A stretch of DNA of 64,000 nucleotides from an uncultured Verrucomicrobiota bacterium (GCA_964363225.1 CAYIIH010000006.1:3345-67344), one strand, 5' to 3'. Positions 37,462 to 47,952 are shown, numbered from the stretch's first letter. Numbers and translations: made by a program. Notes: a model not told the origin generated them from the sequence alone.

Positions 37462-38941
37462 GGGGACTTGCGGGAATGAATCGGGGGCCCAGTTTGTGCC
37501 GGAGGCCGGTAATAAAGAAAGCGTTTCGGCGGCGCCATGACCACGGCGGTTTCAGCCGGTTGAGCAAATGATCCTCTTTCATACTCATCCGCCAACTTAA
37601 TGAACGTGCCGAGGAAGAACCAGACCATGGCGCCCATGGGAATCCCGAGGAAAGGCGAGCCGCTGGGCAGAGAGATGATGGCCATGAATACGCAAGCGGC
37701 GCTGGCCAGGGCCACAGTGGATACGGGTGTGTCGCGCAAGCGATCCAGTTGCCGATAAAGTGTCAGGAATGCGACCCAGATAATTCGGCCAAAAAAGATC
37801 AATCCTGGCACCCCCAATTCGATCATGAGCCTGCCGAGATCGCCATCGGCGGATACCGCATTGGTGAAACCAACCTTGTTCGACAAAAACGACGGCACAC
37901 TGTAGCCGCTTTTTCCCAAGCCGCTGCCCAGCCCATGGTCATCCAGCATGTAATTCCAGCCAATCGAAATAGGAATGGCTTGGCGGTCGTAAATCTCATC
38001 GAAATGGAGCAAAGTGCCATAGCGCTCCATCAGTGCTCCTCCTGTGACCACAGTTCCGAGTTTTATGGCCAGTATGATGCAAGCCGGAATCAGCACGAAA
38101 TTCTGAAAATTTCGGCGTTGCCAGGCGATGACCAGGAACCCGCACGCCAGGCTCACCAAGGCGCTGCGGGCGCCGCTTCGCACCATGGCATAAGCGATGG
38201 GGAGGACAGCAGCCAGGAGGAGCAAGCGATCTTTCCTCCGCGCCTGAGGATCTGAAATCAAGGCAATGGCAAAGATCATCACGTAGGCCATGGTCCCGCC
38301 AAAGGCACCGGAAGAGACAAAAGTGGAGAAGATCCGCAACTGCCGGCCCTTTTCGGTGTGGTAATAAGTGTATTATAACGCTCCGCAAAGTTTTCGTCCT
38401 CTTCGGCCTGTTTCTCAAACTCAGCCGGAGTTTGGCGCAGACCATATCCAGCCGTGACGAGTCCCAGCAAAATCAACACATAAAAATAACCTTTGACTTG
38501 GGTGATGCTCTTGGTGAGCCAATAACCCAAGCTGAACATAAGAGTAGCGAAACACCACCCGCGAATGGCGGCTACCGAAATGAGAAAGGGGGGACGATCC
38601 GGCAGCGGCAGCAGCAGATAACCGAAACAGAGCAGATAAAAGGCCTTCAAGGCGGAGCCAATTGGCCCCGGCGGGATGAGCGACCGGCCACGCTCTTGCT
38701 TCAAAAATGCCAGGGCCAATGCTGCGCACAACAAACAATCGAACAAGAAAGTCGTCGCTGGATGCGGGAATCTTATTTTCAGCCAGCCATGAAAGAAACC
38801 GACCGTAATCGCTGCGGCCACTACTCCGTTCACCAAAGGCTCGGAACCGAGAATCGCCAGGATTCTTTCCCGGATCGATAGCTCCTCCCTCGCTGGTCCG
38901 TCAGGAGCCGGCAGAACGCGCGCTCGCGAGTTCTTTCTCAT
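37458..38941 (-). pseudogene. O-antigen ligase / Wzy-like polymerase family membrane protein, split by a single frameshift
   Basis: There are two overlapping ORFs (38279..38959 and 37458..38339) in different frames. The N-part reads ...ENFAERYNTL, and the C-frame reopens as YTYYHTEKGRQLRIFSTFVSSGAFGG. Total length is 1502 nt from the first annotated start (3n+2), which fits loss of 1 nt around 38340-38372. The C-part carries a Wzy_C-like loop (DGDLGRLMIELGVPGLIFF). Confidence 0.7.
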
Positions 38942-38977
38942 AGACGCAAAGTGCAACAACCGCTGTGATCGCGGGCA

Positions 38978-39835
38978 TCATTCCGAAATTTTTCTGGCGA
39001 CGATTCGTGCCAAATCAGATTTCAGCAGTTTTTCTTCTATGACAGGGGTTCCATCCACATTAAACAAGCAATATCGAAATCCCCTTAGGAGCGAAAGCGT
39101 CTCCGAGGGATCGGCGTTCCGTTGGCGAACGATTTGATTGTGCATTTCGACAAAGAGCAACGGTGCGTTCGCCGGCGCTAGAATATTCTTCCCCCCCCGC
39201 AGAACAGCCGCTTCGCCGCCCTCGACATCGATCTTGACATGGGTCGGCGTGATGTTGAATTTTGCGGCGAGACGATCCAGGGTCAGGGCTTCAGTGCGGG
39301 TCAGTTCGGCTTCCGGGTAACCTCCGGTGGCCGGGACGAAGTATCCTCCGGCGAGGACGCCGACCGCCAGCATTTTTTGCCAACCTTCGCAATCACCAAC
39401 CGAGGCCTGAACCACGTGGAGGCGAGGCTCCACCCCATTGAGTCGTGCCTGGATTCTCATCATGCGACACGCGGTTGGTGAAGGATCGACAGCGATGACT
39501 TTAGCCGAACTGCCACCGTAATGCAGCGCCGCCAGACTAAACAGTCCGAAGTGGGCCCCGGCGTCAAATAGAACCATTCCTGGCTGGCAAGTGGAAATGA
39601 AGCTGTCGAACTCGGCGACTTGTTCGGGATCGATATGCTGGGCGCTATAGGCGCAGCGGTACGCAGCCGGATGACAACGCAACGGCCATCCGGGGCGAAT
39701 GGTGATCGTCCGGTCAAGGCCAGCCGTGTGTTGGATTTCGTCGCACAACCAACGGGCGGATCGAGCCGGCGATCGCAGCCAATTGCGAACACGGCGCGGC
39801 AGGCAGGCGCGGACTATGTTTTGCGCGGATAGCAT
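38978..39835 (-). CDS. FkbM-family SAM-dependent methyltransferase
   Basis: 285 aa from ATG 39835. VLFDAGAHFGLFSL and HVKIDVEGGEAAVLRG are FkbM hallmarks. Confidence 0.87.
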   Translation of the reverse strand: MLSAQNIVRACLPRRVRNWLRSPARSARWLCDEIQHTAGLDRTITIRPGWPLRCHPAAYRCAYSAQHIDPEQVAEFDSFISTCQPGMVLFDAGAHFGLFSLAALHYGGSSAKVIAVDPSPTACRMMRIQARLNGVEPRLHVVQASVGDCEGWQKMLAVGVLAGGYFVPATGGYPEAELTRTEALTLDRLAAKFNITPTHVKIDVEGGEAAVLRGGKNILAPANAPLLFVEMHNQIVRQRNADPSETLSLLRGFRYCLFNVDGTPVIEEKLLKSDLARIVARKISE

Positions 39836-39848
39836 TGAACCACCTAAG

Positions 39849-40991
39849 TCAATTCTCGAATCCACGGGGGCGGCTCAAGCACGCGGCATATACTTGCTCC
39901 AATTGGGCAGCGGCTGCCGGTGCTCCAAATCGCCGGATAACGCTGGGCCGGGCCGTTTCACCCCAACGACGCAGCATTTCCGGTTGAGCCAGCAGTTCGC
40001 GCAAGGCGGTGCTGAAAGCAGTTTGATCACCAATCGGCACCAAGCGGCCCGTCTGCCCGTCCTGAATTATCGCGGCCGGACCGACACTGGCAAAAGCCAG
40101 GACGGGTTTGCATAAAGCCTGCGCCTCAGCCACAATCAATCCAAAATCTTCATCGAGTGCCGGATGCACGAGGAGTTCACTGGCCGCCAGAAGACCATCG
40201 ACATCCGCGTCGGGAATAAAACCAGTGAAATGGACTCTCGAATCCACCTTCAAACTGATGGCCAATGCCTTCAATTCATCCAGATAACCGGGCTCCATTC
40301 CGAACAGCATGCCACCGATGATGACGCCATGGACGTTGCCGAGTTCAGCCGGCAGAGCCGCCAAAGCTCGCAAAAAAAACGCATGGCCTTTGTAGCGCTG
40401 CAGCCGGGCTCCGAGGCTGATCCATCGGGCGTCCAGAGGCAGGCCGTAACACTCCGAAAGCTGACGGCGTGTCGTTGCGCTTTGCGGACGGGCTGTGTCG
40501 ATGCTGGGCCAAAGAAGGCTGGTTGAGCATCCCTGTGCCACAAAATAATCGGCCGTGCGCGGGCAAATCGCCAGCACACGAGTCACGGGAATACGGAAAA
40601 TGGCCCTGGTAATCCAGGCCGGCTTTTCCACGGTGAATACGGACCAGACAGCCGGCACTCCAGCTCGCCGCGCTGCGAGTCCGCCGTACAAATGGGCGCG
40701 AAATCCGTTGCTGTGGACGAGGTGGATTCTCTGTTCCAGGATGATTCTGGCCAAACTAAGGACCGTTATAATAACAGCCGGAAGATTGCGCATACGATGG
40801 GCTGTAAGCGTGAGTGTAGGCACATCCATTTGCAGCAAATCTTGCGCCAGCGGACCGGGGCGCAACAGGGCCACCGACGGCATGAAATTGTCCCGATGCA
40901 AGTGGCGCAGAAGATTCAACATATAGACTTCTGCCCCGCCCTTCTCGCCGACAGAGGAAATCCACAGGACTCTGGCAGGGCGGTGGTTCAT
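39849..40991 (-). CDS. Glycosyltransferase family 4
   Basis: 380 aa. It has GGAEVYMLNL and LLVHPALDEDFGLIVAEAQALCKPVLA. ATGA overlaps the upstream gene. Confidence 0.88.
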   Translation of the reverse strand: MNHRPARVLWISSVGEKGGAEVYMLNLLRHLHRDNFMPSVALLRPGPLAQDLLQMDVPTLTLTAHRMRNLPAVIITVLSLARIILEQRIHLVHSNGFRAHLYGGLAARRAGVPAVWSVFTVEKPAWITRAIFRIPVTRVLAICPRTADYFVAQGCSTSLLWPSIDTARPQSATTRRQLSECYGLPLDARWISLGARLQRYKGHAFFLRALAALPAELGNVHGVIIGGMLFGMEPGYLDELKALAISLKVDSRVHFTGFIPDADVDGLLAASELLVHPALDEDFGLIVAEAQALCKPVLAFASVGPAAIIQDGQTGRLVPIGDQTAFSTALRELLAQPEMLRRWGETARPSVIRRFGAPAAAAQLEQVYAACLSRPRGFEN

Positions 40992-42277
40992 TTCGGCTCC
41001 GCTTCATCGGTGCGTGGCTTTCTGCCGACCTGCCCAAGCCATGACGCAGTCAACACCAAAAAGGTCATGTCCACCAACGGAATACGGTACCGAACAGAAG
41101 CAACAAAAAGCACTCCGCCCACAAGATAACCCGTCGCAATCAGACTGAGCAGCAATTTCAAAAACGAGTCAAAAGAGCCTCGCCTCCGCCATAATTCCAC
41201 ACAAGCCAGGACAAAAGCAGGCGTGGTCACAAACATGGAAAGGAGCACCTGCCAACGCGGAAAAATCAGCGAATTCAACCACGGCCGCCAGAAATGCGTG
41301 AATTTGTACCACTGCATCCGGCGCCATTCTGTGGCATGTTGCCGGCGAAAAGCGCGAGCTTCTTCCAACCACGTTTCCCGCGGCGTGCCATTCGTCACTG
41401 ATAGATGATAAACCGACCGGGTGAAAGCGCGATAATAGTCATCTTTAGTCTTGGCCTCGTACATTTGGATAAAATCCATAGAATTGCTCTGCAAGTAAAC
41501 AGCCTCACCATATCCCGGCCCCAGCGTAAAACGGCCGTGAACCCAGAGGTTTCCCAGAAGCCATGGAAGCAATAGAGCGCTGACCACGGCGGTAAAATAA
41601 ACCCCATGACGCCAAGCCGTGCGCCAACCCCGCTTTCGCCAGGCCTGAATTGCAAGCCACGACACGGCGACAATCAGGAAAGGCTGCAGTGCCGGACGCA
41701 CCAGACAGGCCAAGCCCAAAGCCATTCCGCTCCAACTTAACCAGCGAACCGCACTGGAGTCACGTTCTCCGGCCAATCGTTGCAGCCCGGCCACGCCCAG
41801 CCAGAGCGACGTCATAAAAACGGTTTCCGTGAGTATAAAACCGCAATAATAAATCAGGAACGGATGAAAAATGGCCAGAGAGAATGCCCAATCTCCAGCC
41901 CGCGCCCCGGCCCAACGCGCTGCGACCTTGCCAAGCAGAAACGCAAAAAAAACACCGAGTAAAGACTGAGCCAACTGAACATGCCAAACCTGCGCAGGAT
42001 TGAGCATAACAAAAGGCATGAGAATCATCGGATATCCGGGTGCGCGGACAAAATTGAAAAATCGTGGGTAATCGTCGCCTTCAAAAGCCAGCAGACTCCC
42101 GGAAAACGCATGATATTCTCTGCCATCCCAACCGCCAAAAGGATCACTCTTGGCAATTATTCCCGAAACGGCTACGCGCACGATTAGACCGGCTATCAAA
42201 AGCCAGAGATGCCACTTCTTAAACCTCCACTCGGTGCCTTCCGCACTATTCTGCTGTTTGATTGGTGACACAGACAA
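40988..42277 (-). CDS. GT-C membrane glycosyltransferase (PMT_2/ArnT-like)
   Basis: 429 aa and polytopic. The first loop DGREYHAFSGSLL plus the FVRAPGYPM pattern is typical of the GT39/GT83-like PMT_2 family. The start codon is uncertain (TTG 42277 or GTG 42271). Confidence 0.72.
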   Translation of the reverse strand: MSVSPIKQQNSAEGTEWRFKKWHLWLLIAGLIVRVAVSGIIAKSDPFGGWDGREYHAFSGSLLAFEGDDYPRFFNFVRAPGYPMILMPFVMLNPAQVWHVQLAQSLLGVFFAFLLGKVAARWAGARAGDWAFSLAIFHPFLIYYCGFILTETVFMTSLWLGVAGLQRLAGERDSSAVRWLSWSGMALGLACLVRPALQPFLIVAVSWLAIQAWRKRGWRTAWRHGVYFTAVVSALLLPWLLGNLWVHGRFTLGPGYGEAVYLQSNSMDFIQMYEAKTKDDYYRAFTRSVYHLSVTNGTPRETWLEEARAFRRQHATEWRRMQWYKFTHFWRPWLNSLIFPRWQVLLSMFVTTPAFVLACVELWRRRGSFDSFLKLLLSLIATGYLVGGVLFVASVRYRIPLVDMTFLVLTASWLGQVGRKPRTDEAEPK

Positions 42278-42337
42278 ACTCCTATTTACCGGAGCGGACC
42301 GAGATTCTTGCAGGCCCGCATTCCTGAAGAGGCTTAA

Positions 42338-43135
42338 TCAGTTGAATTTGCGGCTGGAATGGTTAGAGGGCGTTTTAGGGCCAGCTTTAAACCACACTTG
42401 GCTGCCCCAGCGGGGAGGCAACCAAGTCAAAGGCGAAGCCACCGTTTGGAGCAACTTGAACCGCTGCCCTATTTTCTTCCGAAGCAACTTCCAGTTGAAT
42501 CCTTTGTGATCGTAAAACGCTGATCCGTCCGGCTGACGATGGAGCGGACGCTTTATATGCTGTCGCTCTCTCGCAAACACACTGGCCCAAAGCTCAGACA
42601 CGGAATAGGGGGAAGTCCCCGGATAATCTCCCAGGCCTCGCCAGCCAGCAATTCGGCGGACCACTTGTTTGATGATGATGGGCAGACCGATCTCAACCGG
42701 AACGCTGATGAGCAATTGCCCGGTCGGGGCCAGCAGGCGATCAAAGTCATTCAGCAGCGGTTCGATTTCGACGACATGCTCCAAGACCTCCATACAGAAC
42801 ACCGCGTCGTACCGGCCAGCGTGTTCTGCGGTTTTCAGATCCTTCAAGCGGACGAAACTCAAACGCGGAATGCTCGCAAATCGATTCTGCGAGTCTTCTA
42901 CCAGACGCTCGTCAATCTCCGCGCCCACCGCACAACCAGGCCTGTCTTTCGATTCCATCAACAGGGCCAAAAAGGTTCCATCCCCGCAACCATAGTCCAG
43001 AATCGTCTGTCCCGCGAAAGAACGCGCCAAGGCCAAGCCGATTTGGAAGCGCCGCCGGTGACTCCAGGAAATCAGCTTCGAGGAACAAAAGATTTGTTTC
43101 CTGGCAAAATGCCCTTGGCCGATCACTTCATTCAT
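42338..43135 (-). CDS. Class I SAM-dependent methyltransferase
   Basis: 265 aa with motif I ILDYGCGDGTF and post-I/II motifs DAVFCMEVLEH. Confidence 0.85.
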   Translation of the reverse strand: MNEVIGQGHFARKQIFCSSKLISWSHRRRFQIGLALARSFAGQTILDYGCGDGTFLALLMESKDRPGCAVGAEIDERLVEDSQNRFASIPRLSFVRLKDLKTAEHAGRYDAVFCMEVLEHVVEIEPLLNDFDRLLAPTGQLLISVPVEIGLPIIIKQVVRRIAGWRGLGDYPGTSPYSVSELWASVFARERQHIKRPLHRQPDGSAFYDHKGFNWKLLRKKIGQRFKLLQTVASPLTWLPPRWGSQVWFKAGPKTPSNHSSRKFN

Positions 43136-43159
43136 GTTGACTGCTCAAGATTGTACCCT

Positions 43160-44377
43160 TTATCGGACCGTCTTCAAGACTTGCTCAAACACCGCTGCCA
43201 ATCGGGCCAAGTGCGCCTCCAGGCTAAACTGCTGCGCCGTGCGGAGCGCCCCTTGAGACAGCTCTTTGTAAGCAACAGGGTCCCGCAAGGACCAGATGAT
43301 CGCCTCGGCCAGGCCACCGGCGGTCGGCGGATTCCCTGGCGCCAGGCGACCGTTAAGTCCTTCGGTCAGCCAGTCCGAAATGCCTCCTACGTCAAAAGCG
43401 GCAACGGGCACGCCAAACCATCCCGCCTCCAAACCGACCTGGCCAAACGGCTCGGGCCACAAACTTGGCACCACCAACAGGTCGGTCTCGGCTAACAAAG
43501 CGTCGCGTTGTGCGCTGTTTACCCAGCCGGCAAAGGTGATTCTCACACTTGGATTTTGCGAGTGGATTTCCTTGGTGCGAGTCTCCCAGGCGGAACGTTC
43601 CGGACCATCTCCGGCAAAGGTCAAGCAAAGCGGCCGCCCCAGCGCTGCTTGTGCCAGCGGCAGTGCCTCCAGCAAAACGTGCCCGCCTTTTAAAATATCC
43701 ATGCGCCCTAAGAATAAGAGTCTCCAGGGGCTTGCGGGTGGGCTGATCCGTGCCGGAGGCGGAGTTGCAGGTCGAGCCGGCACAAAGAAGGAGCAGTTCT
43801 TCACCTGATCGGGTGCGAAACCATGATTGATAAACTCGGAGCGCATGTGCTCGGAATTGGTCAGAATAAACCGGTAAGCCGACAGTACCTTCAGCCGTCT
43901 GGACTGGGCGAAGTAAAGCTGCCACATCGTCACCGGATTCCAACCGCCGCAATGATGGGGATAGTAATGCAGCAGACATCGCCAGCCAAAGCGGCGGGAG
44001 CAAGGGACTGGGGCTGGATACTTGAAGGTCTTTCCGCCGCTGATGCATGTCCCGTAATAACTGTGCGCAAAAAAAACGGCGGGCGCGATGCGAAGCGCCT
44101 TGGCCTCCAGACTCGTGTCCAACAGGCCGTGCGTGAAGATCAAGTCGGGCCTCCAGGATGCCAGTTCAGCCAAGGCGTGATCGGCCCCCAGGCCAGCCAC
44201 GGACCATGATCTGGTCCCTGGCGGCAAGGCCATGAGACCCCGATCGGCCGGCTCGTCCACCTCGTGGCAAAGCGCCATCTCGTGACCCTGGCCGGCCAAC
44301 GCCGGAATTATCCCATTGAGATATGCTTCTATGCCTCCAACCAGTCGGAGGTTTCTGCTCAAGACAACAATGCGCAT
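43160..44377 (-). CDS. Glycosyltransferase family 4
   Basis: 405 aa. It has MRIVVLSRNL..GGIE and LLVVPSLWPEPFGQVGLEAGWFGVPVAA. Confidence 0.88.
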   Translation of the reverse strand: MRIVVLSRNLRLVGGIEAYLNGIIPALAGQGHEMALCHEVDEPADRGLMALPPGTRSWSVAGLGADHALAELASWRPDLIFTHGLLDTSLEAKALRIAPAVFFAHSYYGTCISGGKTFKYPAPVPCSRRFGWRCLLHYYPHHCGGWNPVTMWQLYFAQSRRLKVLSAYRFILTNSEHMRSEFINHGFAPDQVKNCSFFVPARPATPPPARISPPASPWRLLFLGRMDILKGGHVLLEALPLAQAALGRPLCLTFAGDGPERSAWETRTKEIHSQNPSVRITFAGWVNSAQRDALLAETDLLVVPSLWPEPFGQVGLEAGWFGVPVAAFDVGGISDWLTEGLNGRLAPGNPPTAGGLAEAIIWSLRDPVAYKELSQGALRTAQQFSLEAHLARLAAVFEQVLKTVR

Positions 44378-44410
44378 GGATCAAGGATTTGTTCGCAGCA
44401 CCTCTTCCAT

Positions 44411-45541
44411 TTAATCCTTTGACTTGGCCTTGTGCAGACATTCCGCCAATCGCGCGACATGAGAGGCAAGGTTGAATTCTTCTTCCACTTTTCTACGGCC
44501 AAACTCCGTCTTGGCCTTGGCCAGAGCTGGATTGCTGATCACCGCCTTTATACTCTCACGAAGGTTCTCCACCGTGCAGGGTGACAATAACCAACCCGCT
44601 TGGCCGCCGGCGAGAATCTCCCGCGCTGCACCCACCTCGGCGGCAATAACCGGGACTTCAAACGCCAACGCTTCCAGCAGGACGATGCCAAAGGTCTCCA
44701 GCGTCGAAGGCAACACAAACACGTCCGCTTGCTCCCACCGTTCCTTCCAGGCCTCACTTTGCACCGCGAGACCTTTATGCACGTAAACGCCCGGCTCTGG
44801 CGCGACGTCCGCCTGGGTGACGATGTGCAAGCTGCAACTTTTGGCAAAATATCTCCGATAGCATTCCAGGAGCAATGGCCCGCCTTTGCGCCGGAAATCG
44901 CCGCCTACGAAAAGAATCTGCGGCCGATGCTTGGGCTGGGAGACAATGCTGCCGCGTCGCGAAGGAAGGGCAACGGAAGGCGGCAGCAGGACGGTCCTTA
45001 GCTCGGAGATTTGGTAATCATAAAGCAGCGATTGCCGCGCCTGCTCCGACCAGGGCAGCAAGCATTGCGCCCGCTCGAACAGCCTTCGCTCCCGCGCGCG
45101 CAACGGCGCGATGGTCAACGGCAGCAACCATCGACTGGGCGCGTTCGGAGCAAACCACCGGCTCCGGCCCAGTTGCTCGAACGTGGCGTCCAGGCAGACC
45201 AGGACCGGAATCTCCAAAGCAATGTCCGTCAGGCCCAGCGCCACGCTCTGAGTGTTGACGACAATGGACTCGATCGTAACGCGCGACCGCAAGGCCTGGA
45301 CTTCATTCCGCACATGCCGGCTTACCGTCAGCCGCCAGCGGGCATTGTGAAAGTCAAGCCCCCACCGGCGCAACCCGCGAATGGAGAAATTCGCCCAACG
45401 CTGCAAGCGGGCCGGCAGCGGCGTGGCGTTGATCAAATGCGGCAGAATGCCCAGTTCAGGTCTGGTTCCCAGGGCCTGAACGAGAGGAAGCAGATAGGAC
45501 GCGTGGCCCAGCGTGTTTTCGTTGATGAACGCGACTTTCAT
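44411..45541 (-). CDS. Glycosyltransferase family 4 (first gene of the leftward operon)
   Basis: 376 aa with VFVLPSTLETFGIVLLEALAFEVPVIA. The start lies 7 nt from the 25-bp hairpin. Confidence 0.88.
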   Translation of the reverse strand: MKVAFINENTLGHASYLLPLVQALGTRPELGILPHLINATPLPARLQRWANFSIRGLRRWGLDFHNARWRLTVSRHVRNEVQALRSRVTIESIVVNTQSVALGLTDIALEIPVLVCLDATFEQLGRSRWFAPNAPSRWLLPLTIAPLRARERRLFERAQCLLPWSEQARQSLLYDYQISELRTVLLPPSVALPSRRGSIVSQPKHRPQILFVGGDFRRKGGPLLLECYRRYFAKSCSLHIVTQADVAPEPGVYVHKGLAVQSEAWKERWEQADVFVLPSTLETFGIVLLEALAFEVPVIAAEVGAAREILAGGQAGWLLSPCTVENLRESIKAVISNPALAKAKTEFGRRKVEEEFNLASHVARLAECLHKAKSKD

Positions 45542-45548
45542 GAAAGCA

Positions 45549-45635
45549 TGGGGTCACATCTCAACATTCAACAATTAGAGCTTGGTCGCCAGCTAGGAGG
45601 CAGGGCGAAATGTTGAATGTTGAGATGTGACCCCA
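45549..45635. promoter_or_regulatory. Perfect 24-25 bp inverted repeat (long hairpin) containing AGGAGG + 6-codon mini-ORF
   Basis: Arm 1 is ggggtcacatctcaacattcaaca (45550-45573). Arm 2 is tgttgaatgttgagatgtgacccc (45611-45634), an exact reverse complement. The 37-nt loop carries AGGAGG (45595-45600). ATG 45610 opens the ORF MLNVEM*, which ends at 45630. Confidence 0.5.
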
Positions 45636-45765
45636 ATTCTTTTCGATTGGGGTTGGCGAAGCGGATGCGGGAATTCGCTTGCGCACGAAAGGCGCGAGTC
45701 GCGGGTCCTCCCGGCAGGAATGAAACTTGAATTCTCCTGCGCACTTGCGCCATGCTGATCGCGCG

Positions 45766-46815
45766 ATGGGCGTTATCATTGTCACGGGTGCCGCTGGGTT
45801 GATTGGCTCGGAAACAGCCCAAGCCTTCCATGCGCGCGGCTTTGCGGTTGTCGGCATCGACAACAACCTGCGCGCCTATTTTTTCGGACCCGAAGCTTCC
45901 ACGCTCTCCGTAGCGCTGAAGCTGCAAGCCCAGTTGCCCCGTTATCGTCATGAATCGTTCGATATCCGCAACCGTGACGCGGTGGAAGCGCTGTTCCAGC
46001 GCTATGGCCGGACGATCCAGGGCATCGTGCATACTGCCGCTCAACCCTCTCATGACTGGGCGGCGCGCGAACCGTTGACGGATTTTGGCGTCAACGCGGT
46101 CGGCACGTTGCACCTGTTGGAAGCAGTGCGCCACCATTGTCCCGACGCCGTGTTCCTGTTCACCAGCACCAACAAAGTCTATGGCGACCGGCCCAATACT
46201 CTGCCGCTCGTCGAACTGGAGAAACGCTGGGAATTGCCGCCCGAGCATCCCTTCTTTCGCGGCATCGATGAAACGATGTCCATTGACCAGGCCCAACATT
46301 CCCTCTTCGGCGCCAGCAAGGTGGCGGCGGACATCTTGGTGCAGGAGTATGGCCGTTATTTTGGCATGAAAACCGCCGTGTTTCGCGGCGGGTGCCTGAC
46401 CGGTCCCGCTCATGCCGGCACCGAACTGCACGGGTTCCTGGCTTATTTGATGAAGTGCACAGTCACCGGCAAACCGTATCGCGTCTTTGGCTATCGCGGC
46501 AAACAGGTGCGCGACAACATTCACAGCCATGATCTCGTCAGCGCTTTTTGGGAGTTTTTCCAAAGCCCACGGCCCGGCGAGGTGTACAACATCGGCGGCA
46601 GCCGCCAGGCCAATTGTTCCGTGCTGGAAGCCATTGAGCTGTGCGAAACCATCGCCGGGCAAAAACTTTCCTGGACTTACCTCGAGGAAAACCGCAGCGG
46701 TGACCACCGCTGGTGGATCAGTGACGTGGCCAAATTCCAAAGCCACTACCCGGCGTGGCGTTATCAATACGATTTGCGTCGCACGCTGGAAGAGATTCGC
46801 GCCGCCTGCCAGTGA
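45766..46815 (+). CDS. NAD-dependent epimerase/dehydratase (extended SDR, CDP-paratose 2-epimerase-like)
   Basis: 349 aa from ATG 45766. It has [17 protein letters not shown], and the catalytic pair context FGASKVAAD (YxxxK-type variant). Confidence 0.88.
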   Translation: MGVIIVTGAAGLIGSETAQAFHARGFAVVGIDNNLRAYFFGPEASTLSVALKLQAQLPRYRHESFDIRNRDAVEALFQRYGRTIQGIVHTAAQPSHDWAAREPLTDFGVNAVGTLHLLEAVRHHCPDAVFLFTSTNKVYGDRPNTLPLVELEKRWELPPEHPFFRGIDETMSIDQAQHSLFGASKVAADILVQEYGRYFGMKTAVFRGGCLTGPAHAGTELHGFLAYLMKCTVTGKPYRVFGYRGKQVRDNIHSHDLVSAFWEFFQSPRPGEVYNIGGSRQANCSVLEAIELCETIAGQKLSWTYLEENRSGDHRWWISDVAKFQSHYPAWRYQYDLRRTLEEIRAACQ

Positions 46816-46881
46816 ACCTTGCCGCGATCAACCTGTTCTGAGCGATGTCATGGACGAAAAGCAGATGAACCGCCTTGCGAC

Positions 46882-47952
46882 ATGAAAGTCCTGATCACCG
46901 GCATCTGCGGGTTTGTGGGCAGCACGCTGGCTGCCGGGTTGCGCCAGGCCGCGACCGATTGGGAGATTCTCGGACTGGACAACCTGCTGCGCGAAGGCTC
47001 GGAAGCGAACCGCCTTCCACTCAAACGGCAAGGCGTCAAAGTGATTCACGCCGACATTCGGATGGCGTCGGATGTGACGAGCCTGCCACCGGCCGATTGG
47101 GTCATTGATGCGGCGGCCAACGCCAGCGTCCTGGCCGGTTTGGGCTACGGCTGCGGGAGCCGGCAATTGATCGAACATAACCTTTTCGGCACCGTCAATC
47201 TGCTGGAATACTGCAAGCAGCATCGCGCCGGTTTCCTGCTCTTGAGCACGAGCCGCGTCTATTCGCTGCGCTCGCTCGCCGGCCTCGAAATGGAAGTGGC
47301 CCACCAGGCTTACGTCCCAAAAGCCAATGGCGTTTTCCCGGAGGGATTTTCGCCGCGTGGCGTCTCTGAAGGGTTTTCTACCGCGCCGCCGGTTTCGCTC
47401 TATGGGAACAGCAAACTCGCGTCCGAATCGCTGGCGCTGGAATACGGCGAGATGTTCGAGTTCCCGGTTTGGATCAACCGTTGCGGCGTGATGGCCGGCG
47501 CAGGCCAGTTCGGCAGGCCGGATCAAGGCGTTTTTGCCTACTGGATCAATGGCTATCTTCGCGGACTGCCGCTGAAATACCTCGGCTTTGGAGGAACAGG
47601 ATTTCAGGTCCGCGACTGCTTTCATCCGCGCGATCTGGTGACGTTGCTGCGGCGTCAGATGGAACAGCCCGCCGCGCCCCGGTCGAGAATTCAGAATATT
47701 TCCGGCGGAAGCCAACAAAGCCTGTCGCTGGCGCAACTCAGCGAGTGGTGCGCCGCGCGCTTTGGCCGCCGGGAAATCCAGCGCGAGCCGGTCGGGCGGC
47801 CATTCGACGTGCCCTGGCTGGTGCTCGATGCGACGCAGGCAGGGAACCAGTGGGGCTGGGAACCGCGGACGAGTCTGGAGACGATCTTGACGGAGATTGC
47901 CCGCCATGCCGAACAGAATCCCCACTGGCTGGAGCTTTCCGGTGTGCTATGA
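46882..47952 (+). CDS. NAD-dependent epimerase/dehydratase (extended SDR)
   Basis: 356 aa from ATG 46882, with MKVLITGICGFVGS and YGNSKLASE (YxxxK). Confidence 0.9.
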   Translation: MKVLITGICGFVGSTLAAGLRQAATDWEILGLDNLLREGSEANRLPLKRQGVKVIHADIRMASDVTSLPPADWVIDAAANASVLAGLGYGCGSRQLIEHNLFGTVNLLEYCKQHRAGFLLLSTSRVYSLRSLAGLEMEVAHQAYVPKANGVFPEGFSPRGVSEGFSTAPPVSLYGNSKLASESLALEYGEMFEFPVWINRCGVMAGAGQFGRPDQGVFAYWINGYLRGLPLKYLGFGGTGFQVRDCFHPRDLVTLLRRQMEQPAAPRSRIQNISGGSQQSLSLAQLSEWCAARFGRREIQREPVGRPFDVPWLVLDATQAGNQWGWEPRTSLETILTEIARHAEQNPHWLELSGVL

